From positions 32,001-96,000 of the IMG/VR virus record IMGVR_UViG_2716884858_000003: DNA of 64,000 nucleotides. One strand, written 5' to 3'. Below are positions 23,995 to 36,500 of the stretch, piece after piece. This DNA is from a virus (lineage: Duplodnaviria; Caudoviricetes). Under the pieces are notes generated by a model. The model had not been told where the DNA came from, ran no database searches, and saw nothing but the letters and a program-made list of their open reading frames with translations. The translations under genes were made by a program, and so were the position numbers. How positions within the stretch are numbered: the stretch's first letter is position 1; each line of letters starts with the position of its first letter.

Positions 23995-26900
23995 TCAGTG
24001 CAGTGCGCCGACCTCGGTTGCTGAGAGCGTCCGTGGGTAGACGTGGAGGTCGGCGACGGAGCCGGGGAAGGCCAGGTAGGGGCTGGTGGCTGCTGCGCTG
24101 TTGACGCAGCCGCCGATGGTCAGGGGCATGGAGGAGTCGTACTGGGGGCTGAGGTTGGTGGCGGTCCCCATGAGGGTCCCGTTTTGGTAGAGGGCCATCG
24201 AGCCGGTGCCGGACTTTCCGGCGACGGGTGCCCGGTAGGCGGCGACGAGGTGGGTCCAGGTGCCGATGGGGCCGGTGTTGGGGTCTCCTTCTGCGGTGGG
24301 GAAGTCGGAGTTCTCGTCGTTGGTGGTGGTGGTCTGGAACATCCAGGCGCCACTGGGTTTGTCGTAGGAGATGTAGAACGCCTGGTGTTGGGTGGTGCCC
24401 TGGCAGACAGCGGTGGTGCCGAGGGCTGAGTTGATCTTCACCCAGGCGGAGACGGTGTAGTCGCCGAGTGTGTTCACCGCGCTCTGCTTGCTCTTGAGGA
24501 AGCCGGTGTTCCCGTCGAAGGCGACGCTGCCGGCCATCCCGCTCGGTGCGTCGGTGCCGTAGGTGGCGCTGCCGGAAGCGGTGAACGGGTTGAGGGCGGC
24601 GGTGTCGGTCCCGCTGGTGGCGAGCTTCCATTCGTCCTCGGGCATCCCGTTGCCCCAGCCCGCCGGCACGATCACGCTGTCTGCGCCGGCCTGGTCGCTC
24701 GGCATGGCGTACGGGTAGGTGTGAACGTCGGCCACGGAGCCGGGGAAGGCGGCGTACGGCGTGGTCGCGTCGACGCTGTTGACGCAGCCGCCGATGGTCA
24801 GGGGCATGGACGAGTCGTACTGCGGGGTGACGTTGTTGGCCGTCCCCATCAGGGTGCCGTTCTGGTAGAGCGACATCACGCCCGTGCTGGAGTCGCCGTC
24901 GACCGGGGCCGTGTACGTGACCAGCAGGTGCGCCCAGGTGCCTACGGCGGCGGTGTTGCTGTCTCCCTCTGCGGTGGGGAAGTCGGCGCTGGCGTCGTTG
25001 GTGGTCGTGGTCTGGAACATCCAGCCCTTGTTGCCGCTGTCGTAGCCGATGTAGAGGGCCTGGTGCTGGCTGGTGCCCTGGCAGATGGCGGTGGCGCCGA
25101 CATCTGAATTGATCTTCACCCAGGCGGAGATGGTGTAGTCGCCGGAGGTGTTGACGGCGGTGTGGTCGCTCTCCAGGAATCCGGTGCTGCCGTCGAACGA
25201 CGCCGAGCCGGCGCCGGCGTTGACCGCGTTGGGGCCGTCGGAGCTGAAGGTCGCGCTGCCGACTGCGGTGAGCGGGTTGTCTGTGTTGCTGTCGGTGCCG
25301 TCGGTGGCCAGCTCCCAGTCGTCCTCGGGGGTGTCGCTGCCGGTGGCGAGCGGGACGATCAGGTTCGGCTTGATGTCGACCACGGTGTTGGTGTCGTTGA
25401 GGTACTGGCTGGCGAGGTCGGTGTAGTAGGCGTTGGAGGGGTTGCCGCCTGAGAGGTCGGCCGCTTTCACGGTTGAGGAGGTGGTGTTGCCGTCCGTGGA
25501 GACCGCGGCGGCGAAGTCGATGACCTGGGTGGAGAAGCTGTCGAACAGGTAGCCGTTGACCAGCTGACGTGCGGATTCCTGGGTTGCTGTGCCTGGGTGG
25601 GCGGCGGTGAAGGGCGGGATGGTGGCGAGGTAGACGGTGATGTTGGAGTTCTGGGTGATCGGATTGTTGTTGGCGTCGTAGGTCTGGCTGTCGTCGGTGT
25701 AGTACGAGCTCAGCTGGCTGTTGAGGGAGGCCAGTCCGTTCTCCACGTTGGTGGCGCAGGTTCTGGCGTCGCTGGTGCAGTTGAGGAGGTCGGCGGCGCC
25801 GGTGGAGACGAGGACGGTGCGCACGTTGCCCTGGGCCAGCACGTTGCGGTCCACGGGGTTGAGCGCGTCTTTCGGGACGACGCTGTTGGTGATCTGGGGC
25901 AGCAGGTTGTTGCTCAGGCTGGTGCTGTTGGTGCCCGCGTTGAGGACGCCGTAGTCCACGGAGTTGTCCCCGTTGGTGTCACTGACCAGAGCGTTGGTGA
26001 TGGCGTCGCTGAGGTGGTATGGGCTGTTGCTGCTGCCTGCGGTATCACCGTTGATGCTCTGGTCGCCGTAGAGGACCAGCGAGCCGGTGGGGGTGGAGGT
26101 GGGGGTGTAGCTGGGGGTGGTGACGTCGATGCCGGTGAGGTAGGGCAGACCGGTGTAGGTGGTCTGCGTGTAGTTGGTGGCGGCGGTGTCACTGGTGCGG
26201 TTGGCGGCATCGCTGGCCCAGACGGGGGTCTGGGCCACGGCGTGGCCGGGCATCGCCGACGTTGAGCCGTGCACCTGCAGGCTGATCAGGACGGTCGCCT
26301 GTTGTGTGACGGGCAGGGTCACTGGGTTGCTGGTGGCGTCGCCACCTGCCGGGATGGTGACGGAGGGGGAGGCGGGGGTGCCGAAGGTCAGCGGGGTCGG
26401 GGTTGCGGTCGCGGTGGCGCCGCCTGCTGTGGTGTCCTGCAGTGCGACGGAGGCCGCGTCGAAGGTCACCGGGGTGGTGCCCATGGCGTTGGACAGGTGG
26501 ATGCGTACGCCGTTGCCGGTGTCGGTACCGACACTGACGTGCGCTGGGATACGGAGCGTCTGCCCTGCGTTGATGCTGGCGGTGTTGCCGTTGGACTGCT
26601 GCACCTTGGCGGTGTCCTGGACCGAGGCCCAGGTGCCGACCCAGTGCTGGGGGCTTGATCCGCCGGTGAGGGTCATCGGCCGCAGGCCGAGCCCGAGGAC
26701 GTGCAGGGAGGGCTGGCCTGCCTGGACGCCGTTGGTGAACAGCGGCAGGGAGATGCTGCTGACGACCGAGCCGGGGCATTGCAGCGGGACGCTGATGGCG
26801 TAGATCTTGGGGCCGGGGCTCGGGCTGGTCTGTGTGTTGTTGCTGTGGTTCTCGTGGACCAGGCTGATGGAGGCCGCGGAGGCCGGGCCGGAGAGCCAGT

Positions 26901-29900
26901 CGGGCACGGTGTCCAGTTGGTAGGGCTGATCGAATGGGTTGTTTTGGTCCGCGCAGTTGTTCTTGGCGTAGGTGATGGTGCCGCCGGTGCCCTTGGCGGC
27001 GCCGCCGGTGGCGAAGGCGAGGAAGACCAGGGCGTCGCCGGTGTTGACCACTCCGCTGCCCGGCAGGGTGATGGTCTGGCCGGAGGCCAGCATGTTGTCG
27101 TACGTGCCGGTGCCGAACTTCGGCAGTGTGACGGTGGCGCCGTCGACGGTGACGGTCTTGTTGCTCTGCCAGCCCGACGTGCTCGTCAGGTCGGATGAGT
27201 TGATGCTGTTGCCGGAGCCGTCGGCGTCCGCTGTGCTGGTTGTGGTGGTGAAGGTGCTGGTGGCGGTGTTGTTCAGGCAGCTGCTGGTGTCGTTGATCGC
27301 GCACGTGAGTGCCGAGCCGAGGCGCAGTACGTCGATGCCGGCCTGGTAGCCGGTGGAACTGGGGTTCTTGCCGCTCAGAGTGAGGGTGAGGGTGTGTACG
27401 CCTTGTTTGAGGGTGAGCAGCTGGCCGCCGGCGTCCTTGGGGATGCCGAGGTTGAGGAACTGGGTGGTGGTGTAGGAGTTGTAGGCGTCGAAGCCGCTGA
27501 TCAGGGTGGACTGGGTGCTCTGGCCCGCGTCCAGGACCAGGCGGTAGATCCCGTAGTCCTTGCCCTTGGTCAGGTTCGCTCCGAAGCTCCAGGGGCCGTC
27601 CTTGGGGATGTCGAAGCTGAAGGTGGCGCTGTCACCGCTGATGACCTTCGAGGTGGTGCTCTTGTTGGCGAGCATGGCCTGGTAGCCGTCGGCGAAGTCG
27701 TAGCCGCTGAAGGCCGCCTGGCTGATCAGCTGGCCGCCGGTGCTGGTGGTCGTGGCCTTGGGTACGGCAGTGGTGGTGCCGTCAGTGTTGGTCGCGGTCC
27801 AGCCGCTGATCATCTTGTCGCCGTAGGCGTAGGTCGGGGTGCTGGTCCCAGCGTAGAAGACGTAGGACGTCTCGGAGAGGGACGTCGAGCCGGCCTGGTC
27901 CACCGCCTTGGCGTACAGCGTGTGAGGTCCGGCCGAGCCGGGGGCGAAAACGGGGGAGGCACTGCCGTTGAGGACCGAGGTCCCGGTGCCGGGACCGTTG
28001 TCGGACGTGGCGTAGTAGATGTTGCCCTTTGTGATTTTCGTGCTTGCTGTCAAGTGGATGACGCCGCTGCTGGTGTACACCGTGCTGGCGAGTGTGGCGT
28101 CCAGGGAGAACAGGTAGCCGGTGATGTTGTTGGTGTGGTTGTTGCCCAGGACGAAGGTGCCCTGGTCGCCGAAGGCGGCGCCGATCTGCTTGGCGGGGAA
28201 CTGACTGGAGGTCACCGTGGGGGAGGGTGGGGCGCTGGTGTCCACGGTGAAGGTCTGGGTCTTGGTCCAGATGCCGGAGCCGGGGCCGACCCAGTAGCCT
28301 GCCGCGTTCTGTGCGGTGGCCTTCCAGGTGTAGGTGCCGTCCGGCAGGTGCGGGGTTGTCCAGTCGCTGCCGTTGGTGTTGTAGCGTGCGCGTTTTTTGG
28401 AGTCGAGGTTGGGGCCGAAGCCCTGGCCCACGAGGGTGCCTGAGGAGTTGTAGACGCTGTAGTCGATGCGCACCAGCTCGCTGCCGCCGGCCAGGTCGGG
28501 GTCGACCGCGCGGGCGGACAGCGTCGGGGTGTGGGTGGTGGTCATCGTCTTGCCCGAGCTGACGATGGACGGCTTGATGGCGGGGGTACCGGTGCCGTTC
28601 TTGAGCTTGGGCCGGTAGCTGTAGGTGACCGACAGGGTGGCGCCCCCGCCGTAGGCGAGCTGCTTCCACTGGTAGGGGTCGTTCATGTCGGGCGACTGGA
28701 CCATCAGCGTCATGCTGCTCCAGCTGCCGCCCGCCGCGCTCTGGGCCCGGGAGGTGACATCGAACTCCAGCGACGGCGGGCTGACCCAGGAGTTGGACCC
28801 CTCTTTGACCGGGCAGGTGCCGGCCTCCTTGCTCTTCGGGTCGGTGCCGAGGGCGCCGGTGCGCCCGCCGGGCTCATGCCCCCAGTACAGCGAGGAGGAG
28901 TTCCATCCGGCGGGGCGGTCGGTGCCGTAGACGGCGGCCGGGGTGTCGTCGCAGGAGGCGGCGGAGAGCTGGGTCACGTACAGCGAGGCATGACTGACCA
29001 CGGCGCCCTTGATGCCGCTGGTGTTGATCTGGTAGTAGGTGCGGGCGCGCTCACCGTTGCCGGGGGCGGTGTTGTCCCATCCCTCCCGGGCGTTGGTCGC
29101 TCCGCTGGTGGACGTCGAGTTGTAGACGTTCCACCCGTTGTCGGAGATCCGGGCCCAGTCCAGCTGGGAGGGCCTGCCGCTCCACTCCGGGTCCACGTAG
29201 ACCGGGTAGGTGGTGGTCTTGGCGGTGAGCAGGGACTTGTCCAGGCCGAGCAGCTGCTTGCCGTGCTTGAGAGTCACATGCACCCGGGCACGGTGCGTGC
29301 CGACCCTGGCTGCGGCGGTGTGCTCGGCCCGCGCGGCAGAGACGGTCGCCGTCCGGGCGAGCGCCTTGCCTCCGGCCTTCTGGCCGGTGCTGTCCCACAT
29401 CAGCGCGGTGTCGCTGTGGAACACCGTCTTACCGGTCTGCTTGTCGGTGGCCTGGGCGCCGCCGTTCGCGGTGGCGGCCAGCTTGAGGTTGGCCGCAGTG
29501 GTGTTCCATGCGAGGCTTTGCAGCCGCGGATCGGCTGCGGCCTTGGGGGTCTTGACCACCAGGATCGAGGAGTAGCCGGAGGCGTCCGCGGTCAGCTGGA
29601 GGTCGACCCCGGGCAGCACCTCCGGGTAGGTGGCGGTGTCTTTGGAGATCACCGGTTTGGGGAGTGCGCCCGGCCAGGAGAAGCCCAGCTTGTCGGCCCC
29701 GTCGCGCATCGTGACCAGCGCGCCGGAGCCACCGTCGGAGAAGGCCACGTGCGTGACGGCGGCCTTGGGTGCCCAGGTCCCGTCCGGCTGCCGCACCAGG
29801 GTGGTGTCGATGGGGACCCATTTGCCTTGCTGCTGCACACGCTGGGGCATCGAGGTATCGGTCCGGGTGAAGGTGCCGTCCGGGTTGGCCACCACCTGGG

Positions 29901-30174
29901 TCCCGGTGCCGGTGAGCTGGTTGATGGTCACCGGCTGGCCGGTCGCCTTCGCCTGCGCGGACGCCGACTCCGTGGGGTTGAGGCGCCTGGCCGCGGGCTG
30001 GGCGCGGTCGCTTGGCGACGTGGCCTGGTGTGAGGAGGCCGGCGCGTCGGATGCGGCGTGGGCCGGTGCCGTGGCGGCCAGTGATCCGGCAGCCAGGGTG
30101 GCGACGACGGCGGCGGCGATCGGTCTCGACGTGGGGCGTCTGGACGCGTGCACGGTTTTGCGAGAAGCGGACAT
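23995..30174 (-). CDS. Large secreted protein (2059 aa) with Ig/FN-like regions, degenerate SGNH-like domain and two C-terminal LamG domains; RHS partner
   Basis: Signal peptide AHA-A; ANPDGTFT; YPVYVDP; duplicated YTxSAWVK...WxHL...LTIGG domains. Confidence 0.85.
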   Translation of the reverse strand: MSASRKTVHASRRPTSRPIAAAVVATLAAGSLAATAPAHAASDAPASSHQATSPSDRAQPAARRLNPTESASAQAKATGQPVTINQLTGTGTQVVANPDGTFTRTDTSMPQRVQQQGKWVPIDTTLVRQPDGTWAPKAAVTHVAFSDGGSGALVTMRDGADKLGFSWPGALPKPVISKDTATYPEVLPGVDLQLTADASGYSSILVVKTPKAAADPRLQSLAWNTTAANLKLAATANGGAQATDKQTGKTVFHSDTALMWDSTGQKAGGKALARTATVSAARAEHTAAARVGTHRARVHVTLKHGKQLLGLDKSLLTAKTTTYPVYVDPEWSGRPSQLDWARISDNGWNVYNSTSTSGATNAREGWDNTAPGNGERARTYYQINTSGIKGAVVSHASLYVTQLSAASCDDTPAAVYGTDRPAGWNSSSLYWGHEPGGRTGALGTDPKSKEAGTCPVKEGSNSWVSPPSLEFDVTSRAQSAAGGSWSSMTLMVQSPDMNDPYQWKQLAYGGGATLSVTYSYRPKLKNGTGTPAIKPSIVSSGKTMTTTHTPTLSARAVDPDLAGGSELVRIDYSVYNSSGTLVGQGFGPNLDSKKRARYNTNGSDWTTPHLPDGTYTWKATAQNAAGYWVGPGSGIWTKTQTFTVDTSAPPSPTVTSSQFPAKQIGAAFGDQGTFVLGNNHTNNITGYLFSLDATLASTVYTSSGVIHLTASTKITKGNIYYATSDNGPGTGTSVLNGSASPVFAPGSAGPHTLYAKAVDQAGSTSLSETSYVFYAGTSTPTYAYGDKMISGWTATNTDGTTTAVPKATTTSTGGQLISQAAFSGYDFADGYQAMLANKSTTSKVISGDSATFSFDIPKDGPWSFGANLTKGKDYGIYRLVLDAGQSTQSTLISGFDAYNSYTTTQFLNLGIPKDAGGQLLTLKQGVHTLTLTLSGKNPSSTGYQAGIDVLRLGSALTCAINDTSSCLNNTATSTFTTTTSTADADGSGNSINSSDLTSTSGWQSNKTVTVDGATVTLPKFGTGTYDNMLASGQTITLPGSGVVNTGDALVFLAFATGGAAKGTGGTITYAKNNCADQNNPFDQPYQLDTVPDWLSGPASAASISLVHENHSNNTQTSPSPGPKIYAISVPLQCPGSVVSSISLPLFTNGVQAGQPSLHVLGLGLRPMTLTGGSSPQHWVGTWASVQDTAKVQQSNGNTASINAGQTLRIPAHVSVGTDTGNGVRIHLSNAMGTTPVTFDAASVALQDTTAGGATATATPTPLTFGTPASPSVTIPAGGDATSNPVTLPVTQQATVLISLQVHGSTSAMPGHAVAQTPVWASDAANRTSDTAATNYTQTTYTGLPYLTGIDVTTPSYTPTSTPTGSLVLYGDQSINGDTAGSSNSPYHLSDAITNALVSDTNGDNSVDYGVLNAGTNSTSLSNNLLPQITNSVVPKDALNPVDRNVLAQGNVRTVLVSTGAADLLNCTSDARTCATNVENGLASLNSQLSSYYTDDSQTYDANNNPITQNSNITVYLATIPPFTAAHPGTATQESARQLVNGYLFDSFSTQVIDFAAAVSTDGNTTSSTVKAADLSGGNPSNAYYTDLASQYLNDTNTVVDIKPNLIVPLATGSDTPEDDWELATDGTDSNTDNPLTAVGSATFSSDGPNAVNAGAGSASFDGSTGFLESDHTAVNTSGDYTISAWVKINSDVGATAICQGTSQHQALYIGYDSGNKGWMFQTTTTNDASADFPTAEGDSNTAAVGTWAHLLVTYTAPVDGDSSTGVMSLYQNGTLMGTANNVTPQYDSSMPLTIGGCVNSVDATTPYAAFPGSVADVHTYPYAMPSDQAGADSVIVPAGWGNGMPEDEWKLATSGTDTAALNPFTASGSATYGTDAPSGMAGSVAFDGNTGFLKSKQSAVNTLGDYTVSAWVKINSALGTTAVCQGTTQHQAFYISYDKPSGAWMFQTTTTNDENSDFPTAEGDPNTGPIGTWTHLVAAYRAPVAGKSGTGSMALYQNGTLMGTATNLSPQYDSSMPLTIGGCVNSAAATSPYLAFPGSVADLHVYPRTLSATEVGALH

Positions 30175-30512
30175 CGCGGTTGGGGTCCTTCGCGGGTTTC
30201 ATGCGGTTCCCCCCGTGGGCCCCGCGCCGCTGTGCATTCTGTGTGGCTGGTGTGTGCGGGGTCCATCGTCCATGGATTGCCAAGTGCCCGTCTGTGGTTC
30301 GTTTTTGACGCATTGGGGTCAACTTGAGTTCCAGTTTGGGTGATTCCTTTGTTCTTCCTGTGGAGATACTTTGCGTATCGGGTCGATCTCAGGCCGTAGC
30401 GTGAGCCCCCGCGGGGGACTTGATCGACGTGTGCCTCCGTTTTGACGTGCACTCAAATCGCCGCAGTTGAGGGGAACTTGGGCGGTTCGGGGCTGGGGAG
30501 GGGACGCACAGC

Positions 30513-33500
30513 ATGGCGGGGATTTCGGGGTGGAGACGCGGTCGGGCGGCCTGGGCTGCCCGGAGGGTTCGTCGCACGGCAGTGGTGATGGCCGGTGCCT
30601 TGGTGGTGGGCCTGCTGCCCGCCGGCGTGGCCGCGGCCACGCCGGTGAAGCCGCACGTGGCGGCTCCCGCCGCTCCGCACAACAAACGGGTTCCCTTGGC
30701 CCGGCCCTGGCCCAAGCGGAGTTCATCTCCCAAGCGGTTCAAGCACTTCGACCCCAGCGGGCACACGAAGCTCCCCTCGCCGGGCAGCGCCGTGGTGACC
30801 CTGCCCAACGCGGCTGCCTCCGCGAGCCTGAGCGCCAAGGCGGCTCAGGTACGGGCCGGAAATCTGCCTGTCCTGCTCGGTGCTGCCGCGGGCTCGCAGG
30901 CCCGGTCTGCCGCCGTCATCGGGTCGCAGCGGGTACGGGTGACGATGCTGGCCCAGACGTCCGCGCGCGCGGCCGGTGTCCACGGTGTGCTGTTCACGCT
31001 GCAGCGCACCAGCCCGGGGAGCGGGAAGGTCGCGCTGCGGGTGGACGACTCCTCGTTCCGCTACGCCTTCGGCGGTGACTTCGCCTCGCGCCTGCACTTG
31101 GTTCAGCTGCCCGCCTGTGCGCTGACCACGCCGAAGCTGGCCAAGTGTCAGGCTCAGGCCGCGGTGCGCACCACCCCCGGAACGCCGCTGACCGCCCAGG
31201 TCTCGGTGCCGGGCTCTTCCGCCGCCTCCGGCACGGGGGTCTCTCCTCGCTCGGCAACGGCTGCGTCCAGTGCGATGGTCGTCATGGCGGCGACCGCAGG
31301 CTCTTCCGGGTCATCCGGTGACTACTCGGCGACCGCTCTGTCGCCGGGCGGCTCCTGGTCGACCTCGGGGAACACCGGCGCGTTCACCTACAGCTACCCG
31401 ATCGCCGTGCCGCGGGCGATCGGCGGAGCGGCCCCGAATGTGGACCTGTCGTACAGCTCCGCCAGCCAGGACGCGCGCACCGAGGGGACGAACAATCAGC
31501 CCTCGTGGCTGGGTGACGGCTGGACCTCGACGGAGAACTACGTCGAGCGCACCTACAAGTCGTGCGACGACGACTCCTCGTCCGGCGCGCCGAAGAACGA
31601 CGGCGACGAGTGCTGGGCGGGGCAGATCCTGACCCTGTCGCTGAACGGCACCTCCACCGACATCGTCTATGACGACGCGACCAAGACCTTCCGTCCCGCC
31701 GACGACAACTCCACCACCAAGATCGAGGACCTGAGCAACGGCACGAACGGCACCAAGAACGGTGAGTACTTCAAGGTCACCGAGGGTGGCGTGCAGTACT
31801 TCTTCGGCCTCAACCGCCTGCCGGGCTGGTCCAGCGGCAAGGACGAGACGAAGTCCGTGTGGACCGTGCCGGTGTACCACGCGCACAGCGGAGTGTCCGA
31901 CTGCCCGGACAGCACCGACTTCGCCTCCACCTCCTGCACGCTGGGCTACCGCTTCAACCTGGACTACGCGGTCGACACCCACGGCAACGCCACCGCCTGG
32001 TACTACACGCCGGAGACCGGCTACTACGGCGCGGACCTGAAGGACACCGCGGTGCCCTACACCCGCGGCGGCACCCTGTCCCGCATCGACTACGGCATGA
32101 CCGCCACAACGATCTACTCCGGCACGGCGCCGGAGCAGATCGTGTTCGACGCCTCCGCCGAACGCTGCATCGCCGGCACGCCCTCCGGCAACACCTGCGC
32201 GGAAAACCAGTTCACGACCGCCAACGCCGCGTACTGGCCGGATGTGCCGATCGACCTCAACTGCACCAAGGACTCCACCACCTGTACCAACCACGGCCCG
32301 AGCTTCTGGTCGCGCAAGCGCCTGACGTCGATCACCACCCAGATCCAGACCGGCGGGGCGACCCAGCAGGTCGACAAGTACAGCTTCATCCAGTCCTTCC
32401 CCGACGGCGGCGACCACGCCCCCACTCTGTGGCTGGACTCCATCCAGCACACCGGCCTGGACACTCTCGGCGGTGCATCGGGCAGCACCTCCACACCGGC
32501 AGTGAACTTCGACCCACCGCTGCAGCTGCCCAACCGGGTCGGAACCATCCCGCAGATGCCGCTGATGTACCACGACCGCATCCAGACGGTCACCAGCGAG
32601 ACCGGCGCCCAGACCACCGTCACCTACGACCGTCCCAACTGCTCCAGCGCCCCGGCCAGTGACCCCAACGACCCGACGGACGCGGCCGCCCGGACCTTCG
32701 CGTCGACCAACACACTGTCGTGCTTCCCGGTGTATTGGACGCCCGACGGGCAGCCGGCGCCGTGGATGGACTGGTTCTACAAGTACAAGGTCACCGCAGT
32801 CGTCACCGAAGATAAGCACAACTCCTATCAGGACGGCACCGAGCCCAAGCTGGAGACGGACTACGCCTACAAGGGCAGCCCCGGCTGGCACTACGACGAC
32901 AACGAGGTCGTCAAGGCCAAGTACCGCACCTGGGGACAGTTCCGGGGCTACCCGGAGGTAGACGTCACTACCGGTGACCCCAGTGTGTTCCACCTGACCG
33001 ACGGCGCCAACGTCTACGACCAGAAAACCCTGAGTAAGACCTACTACTTCCTGGGCATGAACGGCGACACTCTGCCCGGCGGGAAGACCCGCTCGGTGCC
33101 GGCGCTGACCAGCCAGGACGGTGCGACCTCCGTCGCGGACGACAAGGCGCTGGCCGGGCAGGTCTTCGAGACCGACACCTACGCCAGCGCCACCGGCAGC
33201 CTGAATGCAGCCACCGTCACCGTGCCCACGATCATCGGGCCCACGGCCTCCCGGTCCCGCAGCGGCCTGCCGGACCTCACAGGGCAGATGGTCCGCACCG
33301 TCAAAAGCCTCACCCGGCAGGTGGTCTCCTCCGGCTGGCGCAAGACCGAGACCGACACCTTCTACAACACCACCCTGGGCAAGCCGACGACCGGCATGCC
33401 CGTCCAGGCCGACGACCGCGGCGAGACCGCAGCCAGCGACAACGTCACCAGCTGCACGTACAACCGCTACGTCACCGGCAGCGTGGACACCCTCGTACTG

Positions 33501-36500
33501 CCTGCCGAGACCATCGCCACCGACCAGGACTGTTCCGCAGCCGGAGCGACTCCCGGCGGCACACTGATCTCCGACGTCCGCACCTCCTACGACAGCAACG
33601 CCTTCACCTACGACGGGGACGGCCAGCAGAACCCGACGCTTCCCAAGACCGGTGACGTCACCCTGGTCCAGAAAGCGTCCGCTGCCACCGGCGCCACCGC
33701 GACCGCGTTCGTCGACGAGTCATCCGTCACCTACGACGGCTACGGCCGCGTCACACTGACCACACGCACGCCCCACTCCACCGCTCCCAACGGCGCCAGC
33801 CTGTCCCAAAACACCGCCACCGGCTACACGCCGGCCACGGGAGAGCTCCCGACCGGCATCGTCACCGCCACCCAGGTCACCCCCGGAGCCACCTGCACCA
33901 CCGCCACGACCAGCTCCAAGGACTGCCAGGTCGCCACCAGCACCATGGACCCGGCCCGCGCCCAGCCCACCGCCCAGACAAATGCGGCCGGCCGGCTCAC
34001 CTCACTCACCTACGACGCGCTCGGCCGCCTCAATGGGGCATGGCTACCCAACGAGAGCAAGATCAACGGCGCGCCCGCGAACACGACCTACACCTACAGC
34101 CTGTCCCAGACAGGACCCTCGATCGTTGCCGCCAACTCTCTCCTGGACAACGACAGCTACGCGACCACCGAAACGCTGTACGACGCCATGCTGCGCCCCC
34201 TGCAGACGCAGGCGACCGCAGAGAACTCGAGCATGACGGTCAGCGACACCCAGTACGACTCGCACGGCTGGACCGTTGTCACCAACAACGCCTACAACGT
34301 CGCGGGCAGCCCCCGCAACATCCCGGTCCCCGTCTCCCAGCTGAGCATCCCCGACGCCACCGTCACCGACCACGACGGAATGGGCCGCGCAGACCTGGTC
34401 ACCGAGCAGCACAACGGCCTCAAGACCTGGGCCACGACCACCGCCTACACCGGAGACAAGACCACCGTCCTGCCCCCCAAGGGCGGCGCGGCCACCACCA
34501 CGGTCGTCAACGCACGCGGCCAGAGCACCGAACTCGACCAGTACAGCACCGCCCCCACCCTCTCCGGCACCGCGGCCAACGGGTTCACCGCCACCGGCGG
34601 CACCCCCTCACCCACCACCTATGGCTACGACGCCGCCGGACAGCAGCACCAGGTCACCGGCCCCGACCACACCATATGGACGTTCAACTACGACCTGCTC
34701 GGACGCAAGACATCCCAGAACGACCCGGACGTGGGCAAGAGCAGCTACGGCTACGACGACGCCGGCAACCTCGTGTCCACCACCGACGACGCCAAGCAGA
34801 TCGAACTCGACTACACCTACGACCTCCTGGGCCGCAAACTCACCGGCAGCGACAAGTCGAAGTCCAACTTCCAGTTCGCCTCCTGGCTGTACGACACGAA
34901 GCGCATCGGCCTGCCGACCTCCTCGACCCGCTACGTCCAGGGCACCACTGGCGGCTACACGATCGCCGCCACCGGCTACACCGCCCTCGGCAAGCCGACC
35001 GGCACGACGATCACCCTGCCGGCCTCCGAGACGCCGCTGCCGTCGACCTACACAACGACCTACACCTACACCATCAACAACCAGCTGCTCCAGACCCAGA
35101 CGGACCCGCGTACCCAGGGGCTGACAAGCGAGGGCATCACCTACGACCACGACGTTCTGGGCAACCCGACGAAAACCAGCAGCAGCGCCAACATCTACGT
35201 CGATTCGACCGTCTACACGGACTTCGGTACACCGTCCGTGATCACCCAGGGCGCCTCGACCAACCCGGCCTGGACCACCTACGACTACGACGCCCAGACA
35301 CGCCGACTGACCGACCGCGTGATCAAACGGACCCAGGCTCCCGGCCCGACAGTCGATGACACCAAGTACTTCTACGACGCCTCCGGTAATCCGACCTCCA
35401 TCACCGACCTGCAGTCGGAGACCGGTAACACCGTCACCGACCAGCAGTGCTACAGCTACGACGCCCTGGACCGGCTCACGGATGCCTGGACCGGCAATAA
35501 CTGCACTGTCAACCCGCCCACGGCCGGCACCCTCACCACAACGCCCGGCTCCTACTGGCAGTCCTTCAGCTACGACGCCATAGGCAACCGCCACCAGAGC
35601 GTCGACCACGCCATCGGCAGCTCCGGCACCACCGCCACCACCACCTACAACAACGGGTGCACCGCCAACTGCAACTCCACCGGCGCCCAGCCCCACACCC
35701 TCACCGCCACCACCGGCGGCACCAACCCCACGACCTTCGGCTACGACGAAAACGGCAACCTGCACACCCGCACCCCCACCACCGGACCCGGCCAGACCCT
35801 GACCTGGGACGACGAAGGCCACCTGGCCCAGGTGGACACGGGCGGCTCCACCCCCACGACCACCAAGTACCTCTACGACGCCGACGGCAACCAGCTCATC
35901 CGCCGCGACCCCGGCCAGACCACCCTCTTCGCCGGCGACACCCAGATCGTCGTCAACACCAGCGTCACCCCCAACGTCCTCCTCGGCGCCGTCCGCACCT
36001 ACACCCACGGCGGCGCCGGGACCCCCGTGGCCGTCCACTCCAGCCTCGCAAACGGCGGAGTGAAGTACCTCTTCAACGACCCCAACGGCACCGCGACCCT
36101 CTCGATGGACACCACCACCCAGCAGGTCGCCCGCCAGCAGAACACCCCCTACGGCCAGCCACGAGCCAGCTCCAACACCACCACCTGGCCCGACCCCACC
36201 CACTCCTACCTCGGCAAACCCCAGGACACCACCACCGGCTACACCGACGTCGGCGCCCGCAAATACGACCCCACCCTGGGCCGCTTCATCAGCGCCGACC
36301 CACTCCTCCAGCCAGCCAGCCCGCAGTCACTCGGCGGCTACACCTACGCAGACGACAACCCCCTCACCAACAGCGACCCAAGCGGCCTGATGGCCTGCGC
36401 AAGCCCTGACGAGTGCGGTGGCGGAGCCCAGTACGGCAACAACACCCCAACCCTGAACAGTGGCGGCAAGGCGCTCAACGACGCTTCCTGGGGCTGCAAC

